Source: an uncultured Alphaproteobacteria bacterium | Lineage (GTDB): Bacteria > Pseudomonadota > Alphaproteobacteria > CAAGCB01 > CAG-977 | Direction of reading: 5' to 3' | DNA: 64,000 nt | Assembly (NCBI GenBank): GCA_934277945.1 | Contig: CAKQWA010000002.1 | Span: forward strand, 162,410-226,409 | Shown: positions 54,470 through 64,000 of the stretch, one piece after another | Layout: each line of letters starts with the position of its first letter | How positions within the stretch are numbered: the stretch's first letter is position 1 | Position numbers and translations under genes: made by a program | Notes under the pieces: generated by a model | The model's database searches: none | Told to the model about the DNA's origin: nothing | Seen by the model: the letters and a program-made list of their open reading frames with translations, nothing else

Positions 54470-57400
54470 TCAGTCCAACTCGACGTTCAAGCACAAGGAA
54501 CGCATTTCGTTGACCAAAACATTGAAAGATTCGGGAATGCCCGCCTCCATCTTGTCGTCGCCGCGCGTAATGGCGTTGTAAACCGCCGTACGTCCCGCGG
54601 TGTCGTCCGATTTCACGGTCAAAATTTCCTGCAACGTGTACGCCGCGCCGTAAGCCTGCAAAGCCCACACTTCCATTTCGCCGAAACGTTGTCCGCCGAA
54701 TTGCGCCTTGCCGCCCAAAGGCTGCTGCGTAACCAGCGAGTAAGGACCCGTCGAACGCGCGTGGATCTTTTCGTCGACCAAGTGGTGCAGTTTCAACATA
54801 TAGGTGATGCCGACGGTGACGGGACGTTCAAACGCTTCGCCCGTTCTGCCGTCAAACAGCTGAACCTGACCCGAAACGGGCAAGCCCGCCATTTTCAGCA
54901 TCTCGTTGATGTCGGCTTCGCGCGCGCCGTCGAAAACGGGCGTGGAAATCGGCAGACCGTTCTTCATGTTGGAGGCAATCTCGACAATGTCGGAATCGTC
55001 CAGTTTTTCCAACTTCGCGGCGTATTCCTTCTTGCCGTAGACTTCCGCCATTTTCGCGCGCAGGTCGTCCATCGTCGCCTTGCCGCTCTGAACGTCTTGC
55101 AGCAAAGCGTAGATCTGCTGACCGAGTTTGCGGCAGGACCAGCCCAAGTGACATTCCAGAATTTGCCCGACGTTCATACGCGACGGCACGCCCAGCGGAT
55201 TCAGCACCAGATCGACGGGAGTTCCGTCCGCCATGTGCGGCATATCTTCAATCGGCAGAACGCGGGAAACGACGCCCTTGTTGCCGTGACGACCCGCCAT
55301 TTTGTCGCCCGGTTGCAGTTTGCGCTTCACGGCGATGTAGACTTTGACCATCTTCAACACGCCCGGAGGCAGTTCGTCGCCGCGGCGGACTTTTTCCGCC
55401 TTGTTTTCAAAGCGTTCCTGCAAACGTTCAATGCCCGCGTCGAACACTTTGCCCATTTTTTCAATGTCGCTCATGACTTCGTCGTTTTCGACCGCCACTT
55501 TGCGCCACTGATAACGCGGCAGAGCGTTCAAATCGTCTTCGGTGATGACTTTGCCGGCTTCAATCTTCGAGCCTTTCGTCGCCGTCTGACCGACCAGAAC
55601 GTCTTTCAAACGCTGGAAGAAGTCGTTTTCCAAAATGGATCTTTCGGCGTCGCGGTCTTTTTCCAAAGACTTGATTTCTTCCTGTTCAATCGAAATGGCG
55701 CGTTCGTCCTTGTCGACGCCGCGGCGCGAGAACACGCGGACTTCGACGACCGTGCCGGAAATTCCGGGCGGCACTTTCAAAGACGTGTCTTTCACATCCG
55801 CCGCTTTTTCGGCGAAAATGGCGCGCAACAATTTTTCTTCCGGCGTTAGCTGGGATTCGCCTTTCGGCGTCACTTTGCCGACCAGAATGTCGTGTTCTTT
55901 GACTTCCGCGCCAATGTGAATGATGCCCGCTTCGTCCAACTGACGCAGTTTTTCTTCGCCGACGTTGGGAATGTCGCGGGTGATTTCTTCCTGACCCAAC
56001 TTCGTGTCGCGCGCCATCACTTCAAATTCGTCGATGTGAATGGACGTGAACACGTCGTCGCGGGAGATGCGTTCGGAAATCAAAATCGCGTCTTCGTAGT
56101 TGTAGCCGTTCCAAGGCATATAAGCCACCAGAACGTTGCGCCCCAAAGCCAGTTCGCCCAACTGCGTCGAACCGCCGTCCGCGATGATGTCGCCTTTGGC
56201 AACGATGTCGCCGACGCGCACCAACGGACGCTGCGTAATGCAGGTCGACTGGTTCGAGCGCTGGAATTTGCGCATGCGGTAGATGTCAACGCCGGATTCG
56301 TCGGCTTTCAGTTTGCCGGTCGCGCGGATAACAATGCGCATACCGTCGACGGACTGCACGACGCCGTCGCGTTTGGCGGCAATCGCCGCGCCCGAGTCGC
56401 GCGCCACGGCGTCTTCAATGCCGGTGCCGACCAGCGGAGCGTCCGCCTGCAACAAAGGAACGGCTTGACGCTGCATGTTCGCACCCATCAAAGCGCGGTT
56501 CGCGTCGTCGTTTTCCAAGAACGGAATCAAAGCCGCCGCGACGGAAACCAACTGCTTCGGCGAAACGTCGATCATGGTGATTTCTTCGGGCTTGCACAGC
56601 ACGAATTCGCCGTTTTTGCGGCAGCTGACCAACGCTTCCTTGAACTGACCTTTGGAGTCGAGTTCCGCGTTCGCCTGCGCGATGACGTATTTGTTTTCTT
56701 CCATCGCGGACAGGTAGACGACTTCTTTGGTGACTTTGCCGTCGACAACTTTGCGGTACGGGGCTTCGATGAAGCCGTACTTGTTGACGCGGGCGAACGT
56801 CGCCAGAGAGTTGATCAAGCCGATGTTCGGACCTTCGGGGGTCTCGATCGGGCAGATGCGGCCGTAGTGGGTCGGATGCACGTCGCGGACTTCAAAGCCG
56901 GCGCGGTCGCGCGTCAAACCGCCGGGTCCCAAAGCGGACAAACGGCGTTTGTGCGTGATTTCGGCAAGCGGGTTGTTCTGGTCCATGAATTGCGACAACT
57001 GCGACGAACCGAAGAATTCGCGGACGGCGGCGGCGGCAGGTTTCGCGTTAATCAAATCCTGCGGCTTCAAGTTGTCGATTTCGCCCGAGCTCATGCGTTC
57101 GCGAATCGCGCGTTCCATGCGCAACAGACCGATGCGGTACTGGTTTTCCATCAATTCGCCGACGGAGCGCACGCGGCGGTTGCCCAAGTTGTCGATATCG
57201 TCGATTTCGCCGTGGCCGTCTTTCAGTTCGACCAGCACGCGCACGATTTCCAAAATGTCCTCTTTGCGCAGGATGCGGACGGTGTCGGGTACCTGTTCGG
57301 CGTCGAAGCCCAGACGGGAATTCATTTTCACGCGGCCGACGGCGGACAAATCGTAGCGTTCCAAATCGAAGAACATACCGCGGAACAAAGCGTCGGCGGA

Positions 57401-58633
57401 TTCGACGGTCGGCGGTTCGCCGGGGCGCATCACTTTATAGATGTCTACCAAAGCGTCTTCGCGGCAGGTGTTCTTGTCGGCCGCCATCGTGTTGCGGATG
57501 TACGGACCGTGATCGGAGTCGATTTTCAAAACCGCGATTTCGGTGTCGCCGTTTTCTTTCAGCGCGTCCAAGATTTCCTGCGTGATTTCGTTGCCGGCTT
57601 CAATCAGGATTTCGCCCGTTTTTTCGTTAATCATGTCTTCGGCGATGTAACTGCCGACGATGCGTTCTTCGGGAACGTACAACTGTTCAACGTTCGCTTT
57701 TTTCATTTTCGCGATGCGGGAAGCCGTAATCTGTTCGCCGGCGGCGATCATCACTTCGCCCGTTTTGGCGTCGATCACGTCGTACGGATATTTTTTGCCT
57801 TTCAGGTTTTCGGCGATGAACGGGGTCGTCCATGTGCCGTCTTTCAGCGTGAAGACAATCTTGTCATAGAAATAGGACAGGATTTCCTCTTGGCTCATGC
57901 CGCGCACTTCAGTCAGATTGACGGAACGGCCCTGCGCTTCGCGTTCTTTGCGCAAAGCGTGCGTTTCGGCGGATTCCAAAGCGTACAAAAGCGTCGTCAC
58001 CGGCAGTTTGCGGCGGCGGTCGATGCGGACGTAAACCAAGTCTTTGGCGTCGAATTCAAAATCCAGCCACGAGCCGCGATAGGGGATGATGCGCGACGAG
58101 AACAGATATTTGCCTGACGAATGGGTTTTGCCTTTGTCGTGGTCGAAGAAAACGCCGGGGGAGCGGTGCATCTGCGACACGATGACGCGTTCCGTGCCGT
58201 TGACGATGAACGTGCCGGTTTCGGTCATCAGGGGCATATCGCCCATGTAAACGTCCTGTTCCTTAATGTCTTTGAGCAGGCGCGCGCCCGTGTCTTCGTT
58301 GATTTCCCAAACGACCAGACGGAGCGTCACGCGCAGGGGGGCAGCGTAGGTCATGCCGCGTTGCAGACATTCTTCAACGTCGTACTTCGGTTCATCAAGC
58401 TCGTATCTGAGAAATTCGAGTTCGCCGCGTCCCGAAAAGTCCTTAATCGGAAAAACGGATTTCAGCACTTCCTGCAAACCCGTATCCGTGCGGTCTTCGG
58501 GTTTGACGCCTGTTTGAAGGAATTGGTCGTAGGAACTTTTCTGCACCTCGATCAAGTTGGGCATAGCCGCAACTGACGGGATTCGTCCGAAGTTTTTGCG
58601 TACACGCTTGCGTCCTGTAAAGGATTTAACCAT
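54470..58633 (-). CDS. rpoB: DNA-directed RNA polymerase subunit beta
   Basis: The start was chosen at the conserved '[19 protein letters not shown]...'. The track ORF has a 37-codon upstream extension. The sequence carries canonical beta-subunit motifs throughout. Confidence 0.95.
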   Translation of the reverse strand: MVKSFTGRKRVRKNFGRIPSVAAMPNLIEVQKSSYDQFLQTGVKPEDRTDTGLQEVLKSVFPIKDFSGRGELEFLRYELDEPKYDVEECLQRGMTYAAPLRVTLRLVVWEINEDTGARLLKDIKEQDVYMGDMPLMTETGTFIVNGTERVIVSQMHRSPGVFFDHDKGKTHSSGKYLFSSRIIPYRGSWLDFEFDAKDLVYVRIDRRRKLPVTTLLYALESAETHALRKEREAQGRSVNLTEVRGMSQEEILSYFYDKIVFTLKDGTWTTPFIAENLKGKKYPYDVIDAKTGEVMIAAGEQITASRIAKMKKANVEQLYVPEERIVGSYIAEDMINEKTGEILIEAGNEITQEILDALKENGDTEIAVLKIDSDHGPYIRNTMAADKNTCREDALVDIYKVMRPGEPPTVESADALFRGMFFDLERYDLSAVGRVKMNSRLGFDAEQVPDTVRILRKEDILEIVRVLVELKDGHGEIDDIDNLGNRRVRSVGELMENQYRIGLLRMERAIRERMSSGEIDNLKPQDLINAKPAAAAVREFFGSSQLSQFMDQNNPLAEITHKRRLSALGPGGLTRDRAGFEVRDVHPTHYGRICPIETPEGPNIGLINSLATFARVNKYGFIEAPYRKVVDGKVTKEVVYLSAMEENKYVIAQANAELDSKGQFKEALVSCRKNGEFVLCKPEEITMIDVSPKQLVSVAAALIPFLENDDANRALMGANMQRQAVPLLQADAPLVGTGIEDAVARDSGAAIAAKRDGVVQSVDGMRIVIRATGKLKADESGVDIYRMRKFQRSNQSTCITQRPLVRVGDIVAKGDIIADGGSTQLGELALGRNVLVAYMPWNGYNYEDAILISERISRDDVFTSIHIDEFEVMARDTKLGQEEITRDIPNVGEEKLRQLDEAGIIHIGAEVKEHDILVGKVTPKGESQLTPEEKLLRAIFAEKAADVKDTSLKVPPGISGTVVEVRVFSRRGVDKDERAISIEQEEIKSLEKDRDAERSILENDFFQRLKDVLVGQTATKGSKIEAGKVITEDDLNALPRYQWRKVAVENDEVMSDIEKMGKVFDAGIERLQERFENKAEKVRRGDELPPGVLKMVKVYIAVKRKLQPGDKMAGRHGNKGVVSRVLPIEDMPHMADGTPVDLVLNPLGVPSRMNVGQILECHLGWSCRKLGQQIYALLQDVQSGKATMDDLRAKMAEVYGKKEYAAKLEKLDDSDIVEIASNMKNGLPISTPVFDGAREADINEMLKMAGLPVSGQVQLFDGRTGEAFERPVTVGITYMLKLHHLVDEKIHARSTGPYSLVTQQPLGGKAQFGGQRFGEMEVWALQAYGAAYTLQEILTVKSDDTAGRTAVYNAITRGDDKMEAGIPESFNVLVNEMRSLCLNVELD

Positions 58634-58794
58634 ATTGCTTCCCCATAAAAAAGAATCTGTTTTGCGTCGTTCTTTGGCTTTTTTGTGTCCGAACGACAGG
58701 ACACGACTCTTAAAGACAACTTCAAGGACTGGGGAAAAAGACACCGTTCAGGATGCCTTTTTCGACCAGCCCTCCAAGTTCACGCGAAGTAAAA

Positions 58795-59160
58795 TTACTT
58801 CACTTCGACTTTTGCACCGGCTTTTTCCAGCTGTTCTTTCATCTTGGCGGCGTCTTCTTTGGACACGCCTTCTTTAACAGTCTTGGGAGCGCCTTCGACC
58901 AAGTCTTTCGCTTCTTTCAAGCCCAGAGCCGTGATAGCGCGGACTTCTTTAATAACGGCAATCTTGTTCGCGCCGGCGTCAACCAGAACGACATCAAATT
59001 CCGTTTTTTCTTCCGCAGGAGCGGCAGCGCCGGCCGCGGCGACAGCCACGGGAGCGGCGGCGGAAACGCCCCATTTTTCTTCCAGCATTTTGGACAATTC
59101 AGCAGCTTCAATAATTGTCAGAGAGGACAATTCTTCAACGATTTTGGCGAGATCAGCCAT
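58795..59160 (-). CDS. rplL: 50S ribosomal protein L7/L12
   Basis: '[37 protein letters not shown]...' is the alphaproteobacterial type. Confidence 0.97.
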   Translation of the reverse strand: MADLAKIVEELSSLTIIEAAELSKMLEEKWGVSAAAPVAVAAAGAAAPAEEKTEFDVVLVDAGANKIAVIKEVRAITALGLKEAKDLVEGAPKTVKEGVSKEDAAKMKEQLEKAGAKVEVK

Positions 59161-59247
59161 TTTAATATACTCCGTTTAATAAAGTTTATATATGTCGCAA
59201 GGACATAAAATTCAACACTCGGGAACAATTCCCGAAAACAAGTCTGC

Positions 59248-59763
59248 TTACGCAGCCTCTCCCTTGTCGGCATAGGCTTTGAAAACGCGGGCGATTTTGC
59301 CGGCGGGCGCTTGGATAAGCCCGACCAGTTTACCGCGCATTTCATCCATGGAGGGCAGTTCGCCGAGGGCTTTAACTTCCTCAACGGACATCAGTTTGCC
59401 GTCCATGATAGCGCCGCGAATGACCAGTTTGTCATTCTTTTTCGCAAACGCGACAACGGCTTTGGCGGCGGCAACGGGGTCTTTCGAGAAAGACACCGCC
59501 GTCGGACCTTTCATCAGGTCTGCCAGCAATCCGTGCTGCGTTTCGGCAAGGGCAAGACGAGTAATGCGATTCTTTGTAACACGGAACTTTGCGCCGGATT
59601 TACGAACCGCATTGCGCAATTCGGAAATTTCAGCGACCGTCAACCCTGTGTAGTGGGTCACAACGATCAGTTCCGCATCGCGAAATTCGTCGTTCATCGT
59701 CGAAAGCAACTGTGTTTTTTCTTCTCTTTTCACTTTCGTCTCCGCTTCAAGTCTTTCGGACAA
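59248..59763 (-). CDS. rplJ: 50S ribosomal protein L10
   Basis: '...VVTHYTGLTVAEISELR...' followed by the L10 core. The true start may be an internal GTG at 'VKREEK'. Confidence 0.9.
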   Translation of the reverse strand: MSERLEAETKVKREEKTQLLSTMNDEFRDAELIVVTHYTGLTVAEISELRNAVRKSGAKFRVTKNRITRLALAETQHGLLADLMKGPTAVSFSKDPVAAAKAVVAFAKKNDKLVIRGAIMDGKLMSVEEVKALGELPSMDEMRGKLVGLIQAPAGKIARVFKAYADKGEAA

Positions 59764-59999
59764 TCGCCGAAAGAACGGTTAAAATGAACTTTGACACCAT
59801 GCCAAAGCCCTGTTTCTGTCCCGGAAGCACAAACTTAAAGACCACAACGGAGCAGTCTGAATTTTGTTCTACCGTCTATGCCGGCGGCGTAACGCCATTA
59901 AACGCCTTGCGGCGAACCGAGCAGTCTCGGACAGTTGTCAAGAAAGTCCGAAAACTTTCTTGAAGACCGGCTCCGGCAAAAGCCGAAGCCGGAATTTTC
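59764..59999 (-). promoter_or_regulatory. rplJ leader region (probable L10(L12)4 autoregulatory leader)
   Basis: A 236-nt untranslated spacer lies between rplA and rplJ, as in other bacteria where it forms the L10-binding leader. No structure was modelled here. Confidence 0.4.
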
Positions 60000-60710
60000 T
60001 TACTTCGCGCTCATCAAAGCGACGAACTCGGGCAAGGACAACTTAATGCCGACGCCCTGCGTCGTGCTCAACCCGACATGATTGACATAAGAGCCTTTCA
60101 CGCTGGCGGGCTTGGCTTTCATAATCGCCTGAGCGAACGCAATGATGTTTTCTTTGATTTTCGCTTCGTCAAAGCTGACTTTGCCGACGGCGGCGTGAAT
60201 CTGACCGGCGGATTCCACACGGAATTCAACCTGTCCGGCTTTCACCGCTTTGACGGCGCCCGCGACGTCCATCGTCACGGTGCCCAGCTTCGGGTTCGGC
60301 ATCAGACCGCGGGGACCCAAAACCTTACCCAAGCGACCGACGACGCCCATCATGTCGGGCGTGGCGATGCAGCGGTCGAATTCGATTTTACCCGCCAAAA
60401 CGGTTTCCATCAAATCTTCCGCGCCGACCAGTTCCGCGCCGGCTTTTTTCGCGTCTTCGGCTTTCGGACCTTTGGCGAACACGGCAACGCGCACGGTTTT
60501 ACCCGTACCGTTAGGCAGTCCGACAACGCCGCGAATCATCTGGTCCGCCTGACGCGGATCGACGTTCAAGCCCATGACGATTTCGACGGATTCGTCAAAT
60601 TTCGCTTTCGGAGCGTTTTTCAACAAAGAGATGGCTTCGTCCAGCTGATAGGCTTTCAAAGCATCGACGGTTTTATAAGCCGCCGTCAAACGTTTTCCCT
60701 GTTTAGCCAT
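60000..60710 (-). CDS. rplA: 50S ribosomal protein L1
   Basis: 'MAKQGKRL...' with the L1 core. Confidence 0.95.
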   Translation of the reverse strand: MAKQGKRLTAAYKTVDALKAYQLDEAISLLKNAPKAKFDESVEIVMGLNVDPRQADQMIRGVVGLPNGTGKTVRVAVFAKGPKAEDAKKAGAELVGAEDLMETVLAGKIEFDRCIATPDMMGVVGRLGKVLGPRGLMPNPKLGTVTMDVAGAVKAVKAGQVEFRVESAGQIHAAVGKVSFDEAKIKENIIAFAQAIMKAKPASVKGSYVNHVGLSTTQGVGIKLSLPEFVALMSAK

Positions 60711-60714
60711 GACG

Positions 60715-61143
60715 TTACTCCACCACTTCGACGCCCATGGAACGAGCCTGACCCGCCACCATAGCCATAGCGGCTTCGACGGTCGAGCAGTTCAAGTCCG
60801 GCATCTTCTTTTCAGCAATTTCTTTGACTTGCGCTTTTGTCAGCTTGCCGACTTTCGTACGGCCGGGTTCTTTGGAACCTTTCGGCAGTCCGGCGGCTTT
60901 CGTAATGAAGTAGCTGACGGGGGGCATTTTCGTAATGAACGAGAACGTGCGGTCGGCGTAAGCCGTAATCACGACGGGAATCGGCATCCCCGGTTCCAGT
61001 TTCTGCGTCGCGGCGTTGAACGCCTTGCAGAATTCCATGATGTTCAAACCGCGCTGACCCAGCGCAGGACCGACAGGAGGCGACGGGTTCGCTTTGCCTG
61101 CCGGGATTTGCAATTTAATAAACCCGACAATTTTTTTTGCCAT
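60715..61143 (-). CDS. rplK: 50S ribosomal protein L11
   Basis: '[44 protein letters not shown]'. Confidence 0.97.
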   Translation of the reverse strand: MAKKIVGFIKLQIPAGKANPSPPVGPALGQRGLNIMEFCKAFNAATQKLEPGMPIPVVITAYADRTFSFITKMPPVSYFITKAAGLPKGSKEPGRTKVGKLTKAQVKEIAEKKMPDLNCSTVEAAMAMVAGQARSMGVEVVE

Positions 61144-61279
61144 TGTTAAGACCTTTTATTTACTTCGGTTTGCCCCGATCACCCTGACCGGTAAAGGTTT
61201 GCGGTGCGATAAAATGGCTTATCTTCCGCAAGAAGCCCCCGCGCCGCAAACCGATCGGCGAAAGGGCGTTGTTTCCAAA
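61144..61279 (-). promoter_or_regulatory. rplK-rplA leader (probable L1 autoregulatory site and promoter)
   Basis: 136-nt spacer between nusG and rplK. Its position matches the L11-operon leader known in other bacteria. Confidence 0.35.
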
Positions 61280-61810
61280 TCAGACTTTTTCGACCTGCGC
61301 GAAATCCAAATCGACAGGCGTCAAGCGGCCAAAAATGGAAACGGAAACTGTCAAACGGGATTTTTCCTCGTCAACGGTTTCAACAACCGCGACGCAAGAA
61401 GCAAAAGCGCCGTCCGTGATGCGCACCTGTTCGCCGATTTCGTAAGCCACGGCGACTTTGGGCGACTCGACGGTTTCCTGCATACGATTCAGGATGCGGT
61501 CGGCTTCGGCTTCCGTAATGGGAGTCGGGCGTTCGCGTTCGCCCAAAAAGCCCGTCACTTTCGGCGTGTTTTTAACCATGTGCCACGATTCGTCCGTCAG
61601 ATTCATCTTGATCAGGACGTAACCGGGGAAGAACTTGCGTTCGGCGTTGACTTTCTGCCCGCGGCGCACTTCAACCACCTTTTCAGTCGGAACGCGGATA
61701 TCTTCAATATAATCCTCCATTCCTTTCTGACGGGCGATTTCCATCACCGACTCGGCGACTTTCTTTTCAAAACCTGAATAAACGTGCAAGACATACCAAC
61801 GCGCCGCCAT
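61280..61810 (-). CDS. nusG: Transcription termination/antitermination factor NusG
   Basis: 176 aa with an NGN domain 'RWYVLHVYSGFEKKV' and a KOW motif at the C-terminus. Confidence 0.95.
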   Translation of the reverse strand: MAARWYVLHVYSGFEKKVAESVMEIARQKGMEDYIEDIRVPTEKVVEVRRGQKVNAERKFFPGYVLIKMNLTDESWHMVKNTPKVTGFLGERERPTPITEAEADRILNRMQETVESPKVAVAYEIGEQVRITDGAFASCVAVVETVDEEKSRLTVSVSIFGRLTPVDLDFAQVEKV

Positions 61811-61813
61811 GAT

Positions 61814-62011
61814 TTACGCTCCAAACCCCAAAATCAATTTTACGACATACGCCAAAACCTGATCGACCACGAAAAAGAACGTCGCGGCCATCAGCGTAAA
61901 GACCAAAACCATAGCCGTAGACATCATCGTTTCACGACGCGTGGGCCACGTCACTTTGCTGATTTCCTGCGACACTTGACGGAAAAACAAAACAGGACTG
62001 ACTTTTGCCAT
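61814..62011 (-). CDS. secE: Preprotein translocase subunit SecE
   Basis: The start was set at 'MAKVSPVLFFRQVSQEISKVTWPTRRE', giving 65 aa with a single C-terminal TM. The track ORF's upstream extension overlaps tRNA-Trp and is rejected. Confidence 0.85.
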   Translation of the reverse strand: MAKVSPVLFFRQVSQEISKVTWPTRRETMMSTAMVLVFTLMAATFFFVVDQVLAYVVKLILGFGA

Positions 62012-62047
62012 AAGAAACTCTACTTTAAAAATGTAACCCCTCGGTGC

Positions 62048-62123
62048 TGGCAGGGGCGGCAGGGATCGAACCCGCAACCCCCGGTTTTGGAGACCGGTGC
62101 TCTACCAATTGAGCTACACCCCT
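62048..62123 (-). tRNA. tRNA-Trp (anticodon CCA)
   Basis: The minus-strand sequence AGGGGTGTAGCTCAATTGGTAGAGCACCGGTCTCCAAAACCGGGGGTTGCGGGTTCGATCCCTGCCGCCCCTGCCA forms a cloverleaf with anticodon loop CUCCAAA and an encoded CCA. Confidence 0.9.
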
Positions 62124-62149
62124 AGCAACCGCAGTCACCCGTTTCGACT

Positions 62150-62187
62150 CTATAAAAAGAAACGAGATAGGTAAACCTACCTATCTC
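62150..62187 (-). terminator. Hairpin plus U-tract downstream of tuf (terminator or attenuator before tRNA-Trp/secE)
   Basis: GAGATAGGtaaacctaCCTATCTC inverted repeat. On the minus strand it is followed by GTTTCTTTTTAT. Confidence 0.5.
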
Positions 62188-62258
62188 GTCACAGAAAATC
62201 AAGAACTTTCATCAATATTTTGAATTTTTTTTTCAAAATATCAAATCAGCGGCGTTCC

Positions 62259-63449
<1,191 letters not shown>

Positions 63450-63510
63450 TTGATTTCCCTGTCAAATCTGTATACAAATAAAGCACCCTTTCGGGTACCT
63501 TCGGAAAACT

Positions 63511-63584
63511 TGGAGCGGGTGATGGGAATCGAACCCACGTAGTAAGCTTGGAAGGCTTCTGCTCTACCATTGAGCTACACCCGC
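63511..63584 (-). tRNA. tRNA-Gly (anticodon UCC)
   Basis: Minus strand GCGGGTGTAGCTCAATGGTAGAGCAGAAGCCTTCCAAGCTTACTACGTGGGTTCGATTCCCATCACCCGCTCCA, with anticodon loop CUUCCAA. Confidence 0.9.
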
Positions 63585-63585
63585 G

Positions 63586-63671
63586 TGGTGGATGGGGGTA
63601 GATTCGAACTACCGTAGACAAAAGTCGGCAGATTTACAGTCTGCTGCCATTAACCACTCGGCCACCCATCC
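63586..63671 (-). tRNA. tRNA-Tyr (anticodon GUA) with a long variable arm
   Basis: Minus strand GGATGGGTGGCCGAGTGGTTAATGGCAGCAGACTGTAAATCTGCCGACTTTTGTCTACGGTAGTTCGAATCTACCCCCATCCACCA. It lies 1 nt from tRNA-Gly. Confidence 0.9.
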
Positions 63672-63804
63672 GTTACGTTTCTTCAAACGCGGTGTTTAGT
63701 GAATAGGAAATTTTATCGCCGCTGTCAATTAAAAAAATAAAATATCGCTGTTTTTCTTGTTTAAAAATGATACAACAAGGGAAATTTCAACGAAAGGGAA
63801 ACCC
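63672..63804. promoter_or_regulatory. Divergent promoter region (tRNA-Tyr/Gly-tuf operon on minus, rlmB-like gene on plus)
   Basis: AT-rich 133-bp spacer between divergently oriented genes. No confident -35/-10 assignment. Confidence 0.3.
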
Positions 63805-64000
63805 ATGTCGAACGACAAAAATCACCGCAACGCGCGGAAAAATCGCGATTCACGTCCCGCAAACGCTTCGGGGGCTGACATCTGGCTGTACGGCTATCAC
63901 GCCGTCATCGCCGCTCTGAAAAACAAGAATCGCGCTGTTTTGCGCCTGCTGACGACGTCGGAAACGGCGAAAGAACTGGCGCAGGAGCGAATCGAGGCGC
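63805..64000 (+). CDS. TrmH/SpoU-family rRNA 2'-O-methyltransferase (RlmB-like), N-terminal fragment truncated by the window edge
   Basis: ATG at 63805. '...ADIWLYGYHAVIAALKNKNRAVLRLL' matches the RlmB N-terminal substrate-binding domain. The ORF continues past the window end. Confidence 0.5.
   Translation, partial: MSNDKNHRNARKNRDSRPANASGADIWLYGYHAVIAALKNKNRAVLRLLTTSETAKELAQERIEA

Noticed and set aside
58634-58744. N-terminal extensions of track ORFs: rpoB (37 codons), waaA 9450..9548, secE 62012..62077, MacB permease 39945..40067, motA 12063..12086, and several others
   Set aside because: Conserved N-termini begin at internal Met codons that have RBS-like sequences or coupled stop/start overlaps. 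The secE extension would overlap the tRNA-Trp gene.

Overview
This is a high-GC (estimated by eye at about 58-60 %) Gram-negative chromosomal window. EF-Tu and L7/L12 sequences, an alpha-specific FlaF-like gene, and the DUF374-waaA-lpxK arrangement all point to an alphaproteobacterium.

Most of the window is ordinary core genome. The 3' third holds the conserved block tRNA-Tyr/tRNA-Gly-tuf-tRNA-Trp-secE-nusG-rplK-rplA-rplJ-rplL-rpoB-rpoC. Elsewhere there are: a lipid A / Kdo operon (DUF374 acyltransferase-like, waaA, lpxK, lpxL-like) with 1-nt stop/start overlaps; motA-motB; tldD; an anaerobic class III ribonucleotide reductase (nrdD/nrdG) whose glycyl-radical domain appears to be encoded as a separate 61-aa ORF; a tripartite ABC efflux system (tolC, membrane-fusion protein, ABC ATPase, MacB-type permease); a MATE transporter; a LOG-family protein; several hydrolases; and two outer-membrane beta-barrel proteins.

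The accessory part, roughly 15.9-27.7 kb, is a partial VirB-type (P-type) type IV secretion locus on the minus strand. In transcriptional order it encodes: virB8 paralog, a 59-aa VirB7-like lipoprotein (below the ORF-track size cutoff), a second virB8 paralog, a VirB9 homolog fused to a C-terminal SPOR peptidoglycan-binding domain, a 2511-aa VirB10 homolog, and virB11. The VirB10 homolog has the VirB10 inner-membrane anchor and the C-terminal TrbI/VirB10 barrel domain, but these are separated by about 1850 aa of tandem ~17-residue 'DGxVVDxNGNVIG' repeats. That architecture is reminiscent of Helicobacter CagY and Legionella DotG, although the repeat itself is different. The repeat array includes near-identical 162-bp DNA units.

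A second oddity is a 2141-aa protein (31.6-38.0 kb) with a TadE/pseudopilin-like N-terminal class-III signal motif, followed by two secreted or anchored hypothetical proteins. A 364-aa HExxH-motif protein sits at the 5' end. No CRISPR array, IS element, integrase or rRNA is visible. Many long antisense ORFs in the track are GC-driven artefacts.
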